64,000 nt of DNA from Candidatus Eiseniibacteriota bacterium (GCA_038231135.1 JBBRLX010000007.1:65475-129474); one strand, 5' to 3'. Positions 40,350 through 50,504 are shown, numbered from the stretch's first letter. Notes: generated from the sequence alone by a model not told the origin. A program made the numbers and translations.

Positions 40350-42663
40350 GCACGGCCTCCCCGGTCAGGAACCGGCCCAGCACCTTCTTCACGCGGGTGC
40401 CGAACCGCACGGTGTACTTGATCTCACCGCCGGCCTCCTCGGCCGCCACCACCACCCCGTCGCCGAACTGCTCGTGGCGCACACGCTGGCCGACGCGCCG
40501 GTCGGCCCGCGCGGCGGCCGACACGCGCAACGGCGTGCCCGGTGTGATCGTGTCGAGATCGTCGTACTCCCCCGCCTCGGCCGGCGCCGCGTCCTCGTCC
40601 CAGCGGCTCTTGTTCTCGCCCCAGCGCTCGCGCATATTCGGGCTCCAGCCGGGCCGCGTCTGGGCGGCATGGCGGGCCGCCGCCGACGGCCGCGGCGCGT
40701 CGAACCGCCGCCGGTCCTCGCGCACCAGCAGCGCTGCGGGGATTTCGTCCACGAATCGCGACACCTGGCCGCCGCGCGCGCCGTCGAACCGGCGGCGGAA
40801 CGCCGCGGCCGTCAGCAACAGCTCGTCCTGCGCGCGCGTGAGCGCCACGTAGAACAGCCGGCGCTCCTCCTCGAGCTGGTCCGCGCGCTCGAGCGACGAG
40901 GCATGAGGCATCAGTCCCTCCTCGAGGCCGATGATCACGACCGCCGGGAACTCGAGACCCTTCGCGTTATGGCCGGTCAGCAGCAGCACGCGGTCGCCGT
41001 TCTCGCCCGCGCGATCGGCGTCGGTGACGAGCGCCGCCTCGGCGAGGAATCCCGGCACCGTGGCGCCGGCTACGCCCGTGAACGTGCCGGCCGCCACCAG
41101 CAGCTCCTCGACGTTCGCCCGGCGTTCGGCCGCGTCCTCGCCGTCCCCCAGCGAATCGAGATAGCGGGTGTGCTCGAGCACTCGCGCCAGCACCCGGTCG
41201 ACCGGGGCGTCGAGCAGCGTGCCCAGTTCGTCGAGCAGCTGGAGCAGCTCGGTCGCGCCCCGCCGCGCCGCGGGGGCGATGCCCTGCTCCGCCACCAGCG
41301 CCCGCAACGCGGACGGCGCGGGCGCGCCGTTCGCCAGGACCCGCTGCTCGACCGCCGCGCGCACCACGCTGCCGAGCCCGCGGCGCGGCGTGTTCCAGAT
41401 CCGCCAGAACGCCGCGGCATCGGCGGGATTCGCCGCCACCCTCAGGTAGGCGATCAGGTCCTTCACCTCGCGCCGCTGGTAGAACGACACGCCGCCCACG
41501 AGTTCGTACGGGATCAGCGAGTGGCGCAGCTCGGTCTCGAGCGCCCGCGACTGCGCGTTCGTGCGGTACAGCACCGCGCAATCCGCGAGTTTCCCGCCGC
41601 GCGCCACGCGCGCGACCAGGAACTCGCGCACCCGGCGCGCCTCGTCCACCTCGTCCGCCGCCAGCACGAACCGCAGCGGCACGCCGGGGCCGCGCTCGCT
41701 CCACAGCGTCTTGCCCTTGCGCGCGCGGTTGTTCGAGATCACGGCGTTCGCCGCGTCGAGGATGCTCGTCGTCGAACGGTAGTTCTGCTCCAGCCGCACC
41801 ACGGCGGCGCCGGCGAACGTGGTCTCGAAGTCGAGCACGTTCCTCAGATCCGCGCCGCGCCAGCCGTAGATCGACTGGTCGTCGTCGCCGACCACGAACA
41901 CCGTGCCGCGATCGCCCACCAGCGCCTGGATCATGCGGAACTGGGCGTGGTTCGTGTCCTGGTATTCGTCGACCAGCACGTGCGAGAACCGCGCGCGGTA
42001 ACGGTCCCCCACGTCGGGATGGGTGCGGAACAACTCGACGGTGCGGGCGATCAGGTCGTCGAAGTCGAACGCGCCGCAGCGGCGCAGCTCCTGGTCGTAC
42101 AGCGTGTAGGCTTCCGCGGTGCGGCGATCCTGCGGCGAGAACGCCGTGCGCGCGAAGTCCTCGGGACCCACGAGCGAGTTCTTCGCGTCGCTGATCGCCG
42201 CCAGCACCGCTCCCGCCCGCCAGGTGCCGTCGGGCCAGCCGAGCCGCCGGGCGATATCCTTGATCAGCGACTCCTGGTCCTCACGATCGTAGATCGCGAA
42301 CGCCGCCGGCACGCCGAGCACGCGCGCCTCGCGCCGCAGGATGCGCACCGCCGTGGCATGGAACGTCCCGACCCACAGCTCCCTGGACACGTCGCCGACG
42401 AGGCTCGCGATCCGGGCGCGCATCTCGCGCGCCGCGCGGTTCGTGAACGTGAACGCCAGGATCGCCGATGGCGCCACGCCGCGATCCAGCAGCCACGCCA
42501 CGCGCGCCGTGAGCACGCGGGTCTTACCGCTCCCCGCCCCCGCGATCACGAGCACCGCCCGCGCCTCGTGCTCGACCGCCGCACGCTGGGCGCTGTTGAG
42601 ACTGTCCAAAAGCTGCAAGGGTACCTCGGGTAGTCGCAGGGGTTCCAAAGGGTTCCCCTGCAA
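40339..42663 (-). CDS. uvrD: ATP-dependent DNA helicase (UvrD/PcrA family, SF1)
   Basis: The product has a Walker A motif (AGAGSGKTRVLTARVA), motifs II-VI (VDEYQDTN ... VGDDDQSIYGWRGA ... GTFH) and a C-terminal Tudor-like domain (GQRVRHEQFGDGVVV). Confidence 0.9.
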   Translation of the reverse strand: MQGNPLEPLRLPEVPLQLLDSLNSAQRAAVEHEARAVLVIAGAGSGKTRVLTARVAWLLDRGVAPSAILAFTFTNRAAREMRARIASLVGDVSRELWVGTFHATAVRILRREARVLGVPAAFAIYDREDQESLIKDIARRLGWPDGTWRAGAVLAAISDAKNSLVGPEDFARTAFSPQDRRTAEAYTLYDQELRRCGAFDFDDLIARTVELFRTHPDVGDRYRARFSHVLVDEYQDTNHAQFRMIQALVGDRGTVFVVGDDDQSIYGWRGADLRNVLDFETTFAGAAVVRLEQNYRSTTSILDAANAVISNNRARKGKTLWSERGPGVPLRFVLAADEVDEARRVREFLVARVARGGKLADCAVLYRTNAQSRALETELRHSLIPYELVGGVSFYQRREVKDLIAYLRVAANPADAAAFWRIWNTPRRGLGSVVRAAVEQRVLANGAPAPSALRALVAEQGIAPAARRGATELLQLLDELGTLLDAPVDRVLARVLEHTRYLDSLGDGEDAAERRANVEELLVAAGTFTGVAGATVPGFLAEAALVTDADRAGENGDRVLLLTGHNAKGLEFPAVVIIGLEEGLMPHASSLERADQLEEERRLFYVALTRAQDELLLTAAAFRRRFDGARGGQVSRFVDEIPAALLVREDRRRFDAPRPSAAARHAAQTRPGWSPNMRERWGENKSRWDEDAAPAEAGEYDDLDTITPGTPLRVSAAARADRRVGQRVRHEQFGDGVVVAAEEAGGEIKYTVRFGTRVKKVLGRFLTGEAVLGS

Positions 42664-42818
42664 TCTAGCGGAATCCCGGGGTTACTTCCATGCAGTGGAG
42701 CTCACCGCGTCGCGGGTCCCGGAGCTTTCGGCCGCAGGTCCCTTTAGGCCGCTGAAAACGGTCGAGTGCAAGGCGGCAAGGAGCGACGAGCGCAGGCGTA
42801 TCGTCAGACACTCCGGGG

Positions 42819-42868
42819 CGAGGAGCGACGCAGCCGCCGCAGCAATCGACGATTCTCAGCAGCCTGCG
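42819..42868. repeat. Copy 2 of the ~50-nt dispersed repeat, directly 3' of the stop of the Omp85-chimera gene
   Basis: The plus strand reads gaggagcgacgcagccgccgCGCAGCAATCGACGATTCTCAGCAGCCTGCG, followed by the CTA stop. Confidence 0.6.
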
Positions 42869-45800
42869 CTAGAACTCCGGACCTACGGACACGTGCCAGC
42901 GGGGGCGGCTGGTGCCGGCCAGGTTGGTGTTCCACCCCGCGTCGACCTTGAGGATCAGGAAGTAGAGCGCCGTGCGGATGCCGGCGCCGAAGCCGAGCTT
43001 CAGGTCGTCGAGACGGCGGCGGCCGTCCTCCACGCTCGACAGCCGCACGCGGTCGGCGGCGTCCCACACGAATCCCGCGTCCGAGAACAGCGCGCCGCGG
43101 AGGTTGAACACTCCGACCGGGATCGGTCCCAGGATGCCGAGCTGCTCGATGAACGGGAATCGCAGTTCGGCATTGACGATCGCCACGCGCGAACCGAGCA
43201 GGTCGAAATCGGGATAGCCGCGCAGCGTCGAATACCCGCCGACCCGGAACGTCTGCCGGTCGGGGCCGTCGCTGCGGCCGGTGAGTACGCGGGTGGCGAA
43301 CGTATAACCCCGCGTGAGGTCCCAGTAGCGCCGCGCGTCGAACGTGACGGTCTGGTACTGCAGCGCGTCGTGGAGCACCGCGAACGCCGGCGCGTAGGTC
43401 AGGTTCCAGCGCTGACCGTTCACGGGGCCGTAGTAGCCGAACAGCGCATTGTCGCCGATCAGCGACAGCGACGGCGACGTGACGGCGCGGTACTGCCGGG
43501 TGGACTTGAAGAAGTTCCCGGCGTCGTCCTCGGCGAAGAACTGCCGGTCGACGAACATCTGGGTGAGGTTGAGCTCCGCGCGCCGGAACCGGTCGAACGG
43601 ATACGACGCCGTGACGAGGCCGCCGAACGTTCGCTCCGAGAACAGCCGCGTGCCGTCGAGCTGTTCGCCGAGCGTCGTCACCTGCGACGAGAAGTAGTCC
43701 TTGAAATGGAACAGCCCGGCGCCGAAGTCGACCCGCCGCTTGAGATAACTGTAGACCACGAGCGCGTTCGTCTCGCTGATCGAGCTCGAGAACAGGTCGG
43801 TCGCGACGTACAGGCTGTGGTCGCCGAGGAAGTCGCTGAACGCGAACTGGGTGCTGCCGACGAAGCCGAACCCGCTGCCGGCGTAGAACCCGCCCCCGGC
43901 GTAGTCCGGCGCCAGCCGCACGTGGTAGCGCGACGGTCGCTGCGCCAGCACCGAGTCCGGCAGCGCAAACGGGCCGCCGTGCTCGACGAGCGCGATGCGC
44001 GGCACGATCGCGGCCACGGTGTCCATCGGCACCGGCAGCCGGGTCTCGCCGGCGAACCGGTCGTCGATGGCGCCCCGGCCGGAGCGCCTGGTCCCGGCGG
44101 GCGGCCCGAGCCCGCCGGTCGCGGGGAACGCGAGCGTCGAATCCTCGTGCGTCACGGTCACGCTGTCGGGCAGCGTGCGCGCGAGCGCCGCCACTCGCGG
44201 CGGCGGCGCGGCCGAGTCGGCGGGCGCGCTCCGCGCGGTCGCCGAATCGAGCACCGCTCCCGGCGAGCGCCGGCGCAGCCGCTCGAACACCGCGTCGAGC
44301 GACAGCGGCTCCCTGACCGCGAACACGTCGAACCCGCCGCGGTTGAACGCCGCGAACACCAGCCGGTCGTTCTGCCGCGACCACGACAGGCTCTGCACGC
44401 CGCCGAGCACGTCGGTGAGCTGCACGTACGAGCGCTCGGCGACGTCGTACAGATAGACATTGGACGTGCCGTCACGGTCGCTGATGAACGCGAGCCGCCG
44501 GCCGTCGGGAGACCACGCGGGCGCGTGGTCGTTGCCGGAGGTGTCGAGCGTGCGGGTGATCGCGCCCGATGCCAGATCCAGGCTGTAGAGCGCGTAGCTG
44601 CCGAAGCCGCCCGCGCGGGCCGCCGGTTCGAGCACGACGGGCGCGAGCCGGTCGGAGGCGAACGTCAGCGTGCGGCCGTCGGGCGTCCACGCCGGCTCCT
44701 TCTCGTCCCAGGTGTCGTTCGTGAGCCGCGTGGCCGCACCCGTCGCGGCGTCCACCAGCCACAGGTCCGACCGGCCGTCCTTCACCCCGGCCACCGCGAT
44801 CGAGTCGCCGTGCGGCGCCCACGCCGGGTAGTACAACGCCTCGCACGGGAGCTGGATGCGCTTGAGCGTGCTGCCGTTGCGCGCCGACACCACGTACAGC
44901 ACGTCGCTGCCGCCGCTCTTCGCGGTGAGCGCGAGCCTCGAGCCATCGGGCGACCAGGTGATCGAGCTGCGGTACGACGGGATCGCCTCGTACTGGTAGT
45001 TGCGCTCGCCGCGGATCACGCGGTGCAGCACCTTGCCGTCGAACGCGGACATCACGTAGATGTCGGTGTACTGGCGGCGGTCCGAGAACCACGCGATGCG
45101 GTCGCCCTGCGGCGAGATCGCCGGCGCGGTGTTGAGCGTGCTCTGATCACGCCGGTGATCGGTGAGCCGCCGAGCGAACTCCTCGGGCGACTGCTTGTGC
45201 GCCACGGTCGGCCAGTAGCGCTTGCGCAGCCAGTTGCGCCACTGTTCGTCGAACTTCGGCACCGACAGTCCGACGCTGGCCTGGAACGCGCGCTCGAAGC
45301 CGTGGTTCTGCCGGATGCGCTTGAGGATATCGCGCAGCCGGTCCTCCCCGTAGCGCTCGACGAGATAGCCGAGCGCCGACTGCCCCTGCTTGTAGACGAT
45401 GTAGCCGCCCGAGTACATGAGCGGCGGCAGGTAGCCCTCGATGATGCCGTCGCGCAGGAACATCTCGGCGTTCGGTTCCATGCCGAGCGACAGGTACTCC
45501 GCCATGCCCTCGGCGAACCACAGCGGCACCGAATAGAAGCTCTGCCGCGCGATCAGCGCCGCCGCCGACCCGCCGTACAGCATGTCGAACATGATGGCAT
45601 GCGTGAGTTCGTGCACCACCACGTGGCGCAGGTCCTCGTAGGAGCCGGTGAACGGCAGCACCACCCGGTTGCGCAGCACCTCGGTGAACCCGCCGGTGCC
45701 GGCGTCGATCAGCTCGGGCGTGACGTTGGTCTGGGAGAACTCGTTGTGGGAGCCATACAGAATGATGGGGACGCGGCGCGACAGCACATGGCCCATGCGC

Positions 45801-46027
45801 ACCGACAGCACGGCGTGCGTCTTCTCGGCAAGGTCGAGCACCCGCATCGCGAGCGAGTCCTCGCCGGCGTAGAAATACACGTCGAAGTGGTCGGATTCGA
45901 TCGAGCGCCAGTCGTGGACGCTGTACTGGACCTTGTTCTGGCCGAAGTACTGGGCGTGAGCGGTCCCGGCGGGAACGAGGGCGAGCAGCGCGAGCAGTGC
46001 GCCCACGGCAATGTGCAGACGATGCAA
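42869..46027 (-). CDS. Outer-membrane Omp85-family (bacterial surface antigen D15) beta-barrel protein with an N-terminal zinc-metallopeptidase-like domain and a TolB-like PD40 beta-propeller; it has no POTRA domains
   Basis: It has a signal peptide (the proposed TTG start gives MHRLHIAVGALLALLALVPAGTAHA, with GGGGTGAG upstream). The N-terminal domain has an HEXXH motif (VVVHELTHAIMFD) and FAEGMAEY. The central region has PD40-type repeats (WSPDGSRLAL, WAPHGDSIAV, WTPDGRTLTF, WSPDGRRLAFISDRDG). The C-terminal ~330 aa aligns to the BamA barrel (RGY ... VNAELRFP ... ALFSDAGFVWD ... GFGAGIRT ... WHVSVGPEF, ending in an aromatic residue). Confidence 0.7.
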   Translation of the reverse strand: MHRLHIAVGALLALLALVPAGTAHAQYFGQNKVQYSVHDWRSIESDHFDVYFYAGEDSLAMRVLDLAEKTHAVLSVRMGHVLSRRVPIILYGSHNEFSQTNVTPELIDAGTGGFTEVLRNRVVLPFTGSYEDLRHVVVHELTHAIMFDMLYGGSAAALIARQSFYSVPLWFAEGMAEYLSLGMEPNAEMFLRDGIIEGYLPPLMYSGGYIVYKQGQSALGYLVERYGEDRLRDILKRIRQNHGFERAFQASVGLSVPKFDEQWRNWLRKRYWPTVAHKQSPEEFARRLTDHRRDQSTLNTAPAISPQGDRIAWFSDRRQYTDIYVMSAFDGKVLHRVIRGERNYQYEAIPSYRSSITWSPDGSRLALTAKSGGSDVLYVVSARNGSTLKRIQLPCEALYYPAWAPHGDSIAVAGVKDGRSDLWLVDAATGAATRLTNDTWDEKEPAWTPDGRTLTFASDRLAPVVLEPAARAGGFGSYALYSLDLASGAITRTLDTSGNDHAPAWSPDGRRLAFISDRDGTSNVYLYDVAERSYVQLTDVLGGVQSLSWSRQNDRLVFAAFNRGGFDVFAVREPLSLDAVFERLRRRSPGAVLDSATARSAPADSAAPPPRVAALARTLPDSVTVTHEDSTLAFPATGGLGPPAGTRRSGRGAIDDRFAGETRLPVPMDTVAAIVPRIALVEHGGPFALPDSVLAQRPSRYHVRLAPDYAGGGFYAGSGFGFVGSTQFAFSDFLGDHSLYVATDLFSSSISETNALVVYSYLKRRVDFGAGLFHFKDYFSSQVTTLGEQLDGTRLFSERTFGGLVTASYPFDRFRRAELNLTQMFVDRQFFAEDDAGNFFKSTRQYRAVTSPSLSLIGDNALFGYYGPVNGQRWNLTYAPAFAVLHDALQYQTVTFDARRYWDLTRGYTFATRVLTGRSDGPDRQTFRVGGYSTLRGYPDFDLLGSRVAIVNAELRFPFIEQLGILGPIPVGVFNLRGALFSDAGFVWDAADRVRLSSVEDGRRRLDDLKLGFGAGIRTALYFLILKVDAGWNTNLAGTSRPRWHVSVGPEF

Positions 46028-46190
46028 GAACTCACCCCTCTTGAGCCCCGGATTCGGGTTCGCCCGGCCGAAGCGCCCACACGATGATACCCCGGAACCG
46101 TCCCGGATTCCCAAACCTGCATCGGCAGTTCCGCCGGCCCCCGTGAGGTCATGAATTGCCCCGGCCGGCACTCCTAACCGGCCTGCCGCC

Positions 46191-49100
46191 TCAGTATTCC
46201 CACCGAGCCTTGAGGTTCACGTTGAAGTCCGGCGGCGACGTGCTGGAGACGTTGGCGGTGCCGGGCCGGTGCTGGGTGATCTCGGTGGTCAGATAGATGA
46301 ACCGGCTCAGCCGGTACTCGGCCTCGAGATCGCGCTCGAGGAACGTCGAGGTGCCGGGCCCGGTCGGGGTCCGCTCGAGCCCCGGCAGGTGCTGCCGGTA
46401 GCGCAGCGCGATCTGGGGGGAGACCTGGGTGCCGGCGGTGAGGATCACGCCGCCCTCCCCGCCGAACAGCCCGCCCCGGTCGCGGTCGATCTGCCACTCG
46501 TTGATGTAGCCGCGGAACGCGCGCGACATCTCCGACGAGAACGTGCGGTTGATCGCGCGCGTGATGTAGTTGTCGAGCGGGTCGCCGAGCGGCACGCCGG
46601 CGGCGCCGGCGGTGAGCCGGCTGAGCGTCAGGTTCTGGAGGATCTCCGCCTGCCCCCAGGCCGCCTCGTCGCTGCTGAGCACGATCTTGGGCTCGTTCGC
46701 GCGGCCGGTGATGTGCACCGTCACCTGCGACTGATGGGTCTGGCCGTTCTCGTACACCGGCACCTGGGTCACCGCCGTCGCGTCCAGCGTCGGGTTCACG
46801 CCGGACACGTTGTCGAACGTCAGGTCAACGTTCTGCACGTCGAACCGGTTGCTGAGGAAGTAGTACTTGCCGCGCAGCGCGTGCATCTCGCCGTAGAGCA
46901 CCAGCGCCTCGGGCCGCTGCTCGACGTCGAGATTCAGGTTGAACTCGATGTCGCCGTCGGGCGGCTGCCAGTGCACGTTGTTGTTCGCGGACAGGTGGAC
47001 GTTGTAGGTCCAGAACAACGGTGCCGCGGTCTGCGCCACCAGATCCTGCTCGCTGACGTTCGCGAAGTCGTACAGGATCACGGCGCGACGCAGCGTGGCG
47101 TTGCCGGTCACGTACGGCAGCCGCTGCCCGCGCACCACCGGGCCGTCGGTGATCTGGAACGCGCCGTCGAACAGCGCGGCGTACAGACCCGGCTCCGTGG
47201 TCGCGATCTCGGTGACGCCGAGCTTGAACTGGTAGCCCTTGAGCCCGCCGTTCGCGAGCTCCACGGTTCCGCTCCCGGTGACGCGGCCGCGATCGCCCTG
47301 CCGCGCCGTCAGAGTGTCCACGGTGATCTTCGCTTCGTCGAGCCGAACGCTCGCGGTGACGTTCTGGAACAGCTCGTCACGGCCGGTCATGCGCACGACG
47401 CCGTCGCTCACCTTGAGCGTGCCGTCCAGGTCCGGGTGCCGCGGTGTGCCCGTCACGCTGGCCCGCAGCTCGAACTTCCCCGCGGCGGTGCCGATCTGCG
47501 GCACCACCAGCCGCGCCATCGACAGGTCGCCGTTCGGGATGTCGATGCGCCACGCCATCGGCGACTCCGGCACCTCGACCGGGCGCCCCATCGCGAGCAC
47601 GAGCGGCATCGCGCCGGACGCCGTCGATTCGCGGCCGCCGCGCTGCATGTGCAGCTCCGGCACCGTGAGCTGCCCGGCGGCGTAGCGGGCATGACCGCGC
47701 ACGTCCTCGATGTCGATCGCCTGCCACGTCAGCTTGCTCGCGTCGAATGTGGCGTCGAGCACCGGCCGCACCGGACTGCCCTCGATGCCGATCCGCCCGC
47801 TCACCGTGCCGCCCCAGTCGTGCGCGGCGGGCACCAGCTGCCGCAGCCGGTCGAGCGGCAGCGCGGCTCCGGTCAGCTCACCGTTCCAGTCCCCCGCGCC
47901 TTCGATCCAGCGCAGGACGCCGGCCGCGGTCAGCGTGTCGGGCCAGGCGTGCGCCAGATGGTCGAACGCCAGCGAACCCGTCACGCTGCCGGCGGCGATC
48001 CGGAACGCGCCGTTGCGCACCAGCACCGCCCCCGGCCGGCCTTCGAGCTCGAACCGCAGCGAGTCGGCGGCGTGACCATCCCAGCCGGGACGGGACACCG
48101 CCGCCGCCATGTTCCAGTGGGGATCGCCGGCGGCCCCGCGCACCTCGAGCGTGGCGTCGGCGGCCCCCGCCAGGTGGACCTCGGGGGGCATGCCGAGCCG
48201 CGACAGATCGAGCCGCTCGGCCCGCGCCTGCCAGTCATAGCTGCCGCCCGGCACCGCCCAGCGGCCGGTGATGGTGACCGTGGCCAGGCTGTCACGCGCG
48301 ACCAGGCGGTCGAACGTGACGCCGCGCGCGTCACCGGCGAGCGTCACCGGCGCCTCCGCCCGCCAGTCGAACTGCGAGCTGCGCAGCCGCGCGCGATCCA
48401 GCGCCAGCTGCCATGCGCCGGCGTTCCAGTTCGACCGCCCGGCCATCGTCACCAGCGTGTCGCCCGCGAACGCCGACAGATCCTCGAGCGCGATCGTCTG
48501 GTTGCCGAGCAGGAACGGCGTCGCGACGCTGTCGAAGTGGAGGCCGAGGAACGTGACGTTGCCGAGCCGCGCGCGGGCGGCGAGGTCGGGGGCGGGCAAC
48601 AGCGCCCCCGACGCGTCGTCGAGCGCCCAGCGCGCCGCCTGCATCCCGAGCCAGCTCGTGCCGGTGCCGGTGAGGTTGCCGGTGACGAGCAGCGCCCCCG
48701 CCTTGCCCTCCACGGTGCCCTCGCCGTGGCCGAGCATTCCCTTGATGCCGCTGGCGCGGCCGTCGGGCCACTCCTCGAGCGGCAGGTTGTCGACGCGGTA
48801 GCTGCCGGTCCAGCCCTGCTTCGTGGTCATGGCCCGCAGCAGCATCGTGCCGCCGCGCCGCACCACGTTTACGGCGAAGCTGTCGGGGGCCGCGTTCGGG
48901 AACTCGACGTTCACCGTGCCGCCGTCCACGCGCCAGCCCTGCAGCTCGGAGGTGGTCAGCGTCGCGACGAGATTCGCGGTCTGCGCATGGCTGTGGGTAT
49001 CGACGGCGTAGCGGAACGTGCCGGCCACGACGCCCTTCGGCCAGCCGGTGATGCCGATCGCGCCCCAGCGGCTGGGATCGGCGGTCTCGACCGCGCCGCC

Positions 49101-50285
49101 GATGTTCCAGCCGGCCCTGGACCATTGGAGATCGCCCGCGAGATTGCCCGCCGCCGACACCAGGTGCAGCGGCTCGAGCTTCACCACCCCGTGATCCCAC
49201 CGCGCCACCCCGGAGGCCTGGGCCGGCAGGTCCTTCCACGTTGCGGAGCTCGTGAACTGCGCCGTCCACACCCGCGAGCCTGAGGCGGTGATCGAGCCGC
49301 GCGCCTCGCCCGGCACGTCGAGCGTGTGGTTGTCGGTGACCTCGGACAGCCAGCGCCACGACAGCCGCGCGACCTCCAGATCCACGTGCCGGATCCGCGT
49401 GGAGTCGGCATCGAGCCATTCGGCGACGCCCTTGAGCTCGAGATCGTCGGTATGCAGGCGGTCGAGCCGGATGCGGACGGTGTCGCCCTTCTCGACCGAG
49501 CCCTTGAGCTCGAGGTGCCGGGTCCGGAACGGACCCTGGGCCCAGCGCAGGTGGCGCACGACGCCGCGGGTGCTGGCGCCGATCGACACGCCGGCGTCCA
49601 GGTCCATGTCGCTCACCGGGTCGATCGCGGCGGCGATCGCCACCGAACCGTGCAGCACGCGCAGGTTGACGTCGAGCGCCGTGCTGCCGCCGGTGGCGCT
49701 GCCGCTCGAGCGCCACACCGGCGCCCGCAACCGCCCGTCCTTGCCCTTCGAGATCCGGATCACCGGCGACTCGATGACCACGTCGATCGTACGCCGGTCG
49801 CGACGCAGCCATTGCAGCGGCGAGTAGTTGAGCTGGATCCACGGCGCCTCGAGCAGCGCCGGCGTCTCGCCGTCGGTGAAGTACACCCGGGGCTTGATCA
49901 GCCGCACCCGGTCGAACGGATTGCCGCTGATGTCGTGGATCTCGACCTGCACGTCGCTGCGCTGCGCGAGTGCGCCGTTGATCACCAGCGTGAGCTCCTT
50001 CGCCACCAGCTCGGTGCGCCGCGCGAAGTACAGCAAGGCACTGACGATCGCGATCACCACCAGCCCCACCAGGATCAGCGCGACGAGCCCGATCAGCTTG
50101 CGCACCGTCCAGCGCACCTGCTTGGGCACATGCTCGACCACTTCCTCGACCGCGTGCCCCAGCTCCGCGACCTCGTGACGCAACTCCTCGACAATCCCCT
50201 GCGGCTCAGGCGGCGGCTCCGGCGCACCTCCGCCGGATCCCAATTCCGGGTCGCGCGGAACGAGCGGATCTTCCGGCGGAGTCAT
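46191..50285 (-). CDS. tamB: Translocation and assembly module protein TamB (AsmA-like / DUF490 family)
   Basis: The ORF is 1364 aa with an N-terminal TM anchor (LIGLVALILVGLVVIAIVSALLYF), a long beta-rich body and a DUF490-like C-terminus (GEMHALRGKYYFLSNRFDVQNVDLTF ... NLKARWEY). Confidence 0.8.
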   Translation of the reverse strand: MTPPEDPLVPRDPELGSGGGAPEPPPEPQGIVEELRHEVAELGHAVEEVVEHVPKQVRWTVRKLIGLVALILVGLVVIAIVSALLYFARRTELVAKELTLVINGALAQRSDVQVEIHDISGNPFDRVRLIKPRVYFTDGETPALLEAPWIQLNYSPLQWLRRDRRTIDVVIESPVIRISKGKDGRLRAPVWRSSGSATGGSTALDVNLRVLHGSVAIAAAIDPVSDMDLDAGVSIGASTRGVVRHLRWAQGPFRTRHLELKGSVEKGDTVRIRLDRLHTDDLELKGVAEWLDADSTRIRHVDLEVARLSWRWLSEVTDNHTLDVPGEARGSITASGSRVWTAQFTSSATWKDLPAQASGVARWDHGVVKLEPLHLVSAAGNLAGDLQWSRAGWNIGGAVETADPSRWGAIGITGWPKGVVAGTFRYAVDTHSHAQTANLVATLTTSELQGWRVDGGTVNVEFPNAAPDSFAVNVVRRGGTMLLRAMTTKQGWTGSYRVDNLPLEEWPDGRASGIKGMLGHGEGTVEGKAGALLVTGNLTGTGTSWLGMQAARWALDDASGALLPAPDLAARARLGNVTFLGLHFDSVATPFLLGNQTIALEDLSAFAGDTLVTMAGRSNWNAGAWQLALDRARLRSSQFDWRAEAPVTLAGDARGVTFDRLVARDSLATVTITGRWAVPGGSYDWQARAERLDLSRLGMPPEVHLAGAADATLEVRGAAGDPHWNMAAAVSRPGWDGHAADSLRFELEGRPGAVLVRNGAFRIAAGSVTGSLAFDHLAHAWPDTLTAAGVLRWIEGAGDWNGELTGAALPLDRLRQLVPAAHDWGGTVSGRIGIEGSPVRPVLDATFDASKLTWQAIDIEDVRGHARYAAGQLTVPELHMQRGGRESTASGAMPLVLAMGRPVEVPESPMAWRIDIPNGDLSMARLVVPQIGTAAGKFELRASVTGTPRHPDLDGTLKVSDGVVRMTGRDELFQNVTASVRLDEAKITVDTLTARQGDRGRVTGSGTVELANGGLKGYQFKLGVTEIATTEPGLYAALFDGAFQITDGPVVRGQRLPYVTGNATLRRAVILYDFANVSEQDLVAQTAAPLFWTYNVHLSANNNVHWQPPDGDIEFNLNLDVEQRPEALVLYGEMHALRGKYYFLSNRFDVQNVDLTFDNVSGVNPTLDATAVTQVPVYENGQTHQSQVTVHITGRANEPKIVLSSDEAAWGQAEILQNLTLSRLTAGAAGVPLGDPLDNYITRAINRTFSSEMSRAFRGYINEWQIDRDRGGLFGGEGGVILTAGTQVSPQIALRYRQHLPGLERTPTGPGTSTFLERDLEAEYRLSRFIYLTTEITQHRPGTANVSSTSPPDFNVNLKARWEY

Positions 50286-50353
50286 GAGCCGATCACCAGC
50301 CCGCGCAGCCGCGGCGCGGGAGCGCAGCCGACGAAACAGGCAACCACGTGCCG

Positions 50354-50504
50354 CGATGGCGTGCGGGGTGAGGTTCCGGAGGCGGGGACCGAGCGCAGCG
50401 CGCGAGTGCAGGGATGCGCGGAGCGCTGCGCGAGTAGCGAGGACCCGCCAGGAGGGCGGGTCCGAAGCGTCCCCGCCGTAGGAACCTCACCCCGCACGCC
50501 ATCG
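50354..50504. repeat. A 151-bp element with 35-bp terminal inverted repeats (32/35 matching) enclosing an 81-bp spacer that has inner hairpins, in the bamA-tamB intergenic region
   Basis: The left arm is cgatggcgtgcggggtgaggttccggaggcgggga (50354-50388). The right arm is tccccgccgtaggaacctcaccccgcacgccatcg (50470-50504), which is its reverse complement with 3 mismatches. An inner 8-bp-stem hairpin, gacccgcc-aggag-ggcgggtc, lies at 50442-50462. A 14-bp palindrome, TCACCGCGCGGTGA, lies at 50548-50561. The two short opposite-strand MACGVRF ORFs in the track mirror this repeat. Confidence 0.7.

Noticed and set aside
38590-46087. Two very long plus-strand ORFs (38590..42633, 1347 aa, and 42341..46087, 1248 aa)
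   Set aside because: They are antisense to gatA/gatC/uvrD and to the Omp85-chimera gene. Their composition is dominated by R/A/G/P/H with no recognisable domains, and such stop-free antisense frames are expected at ~70% GC.
50284-50502. Two short opposite-strand ORFs (65 aa and 69 aa), both beginning MACGVRF..., in the bamA-tamB spacer
   Set aside because: They are mirror-image translations of the 35-bp inverted-repeat arms. They are artefacts of the palindromic DNA element, not genes.
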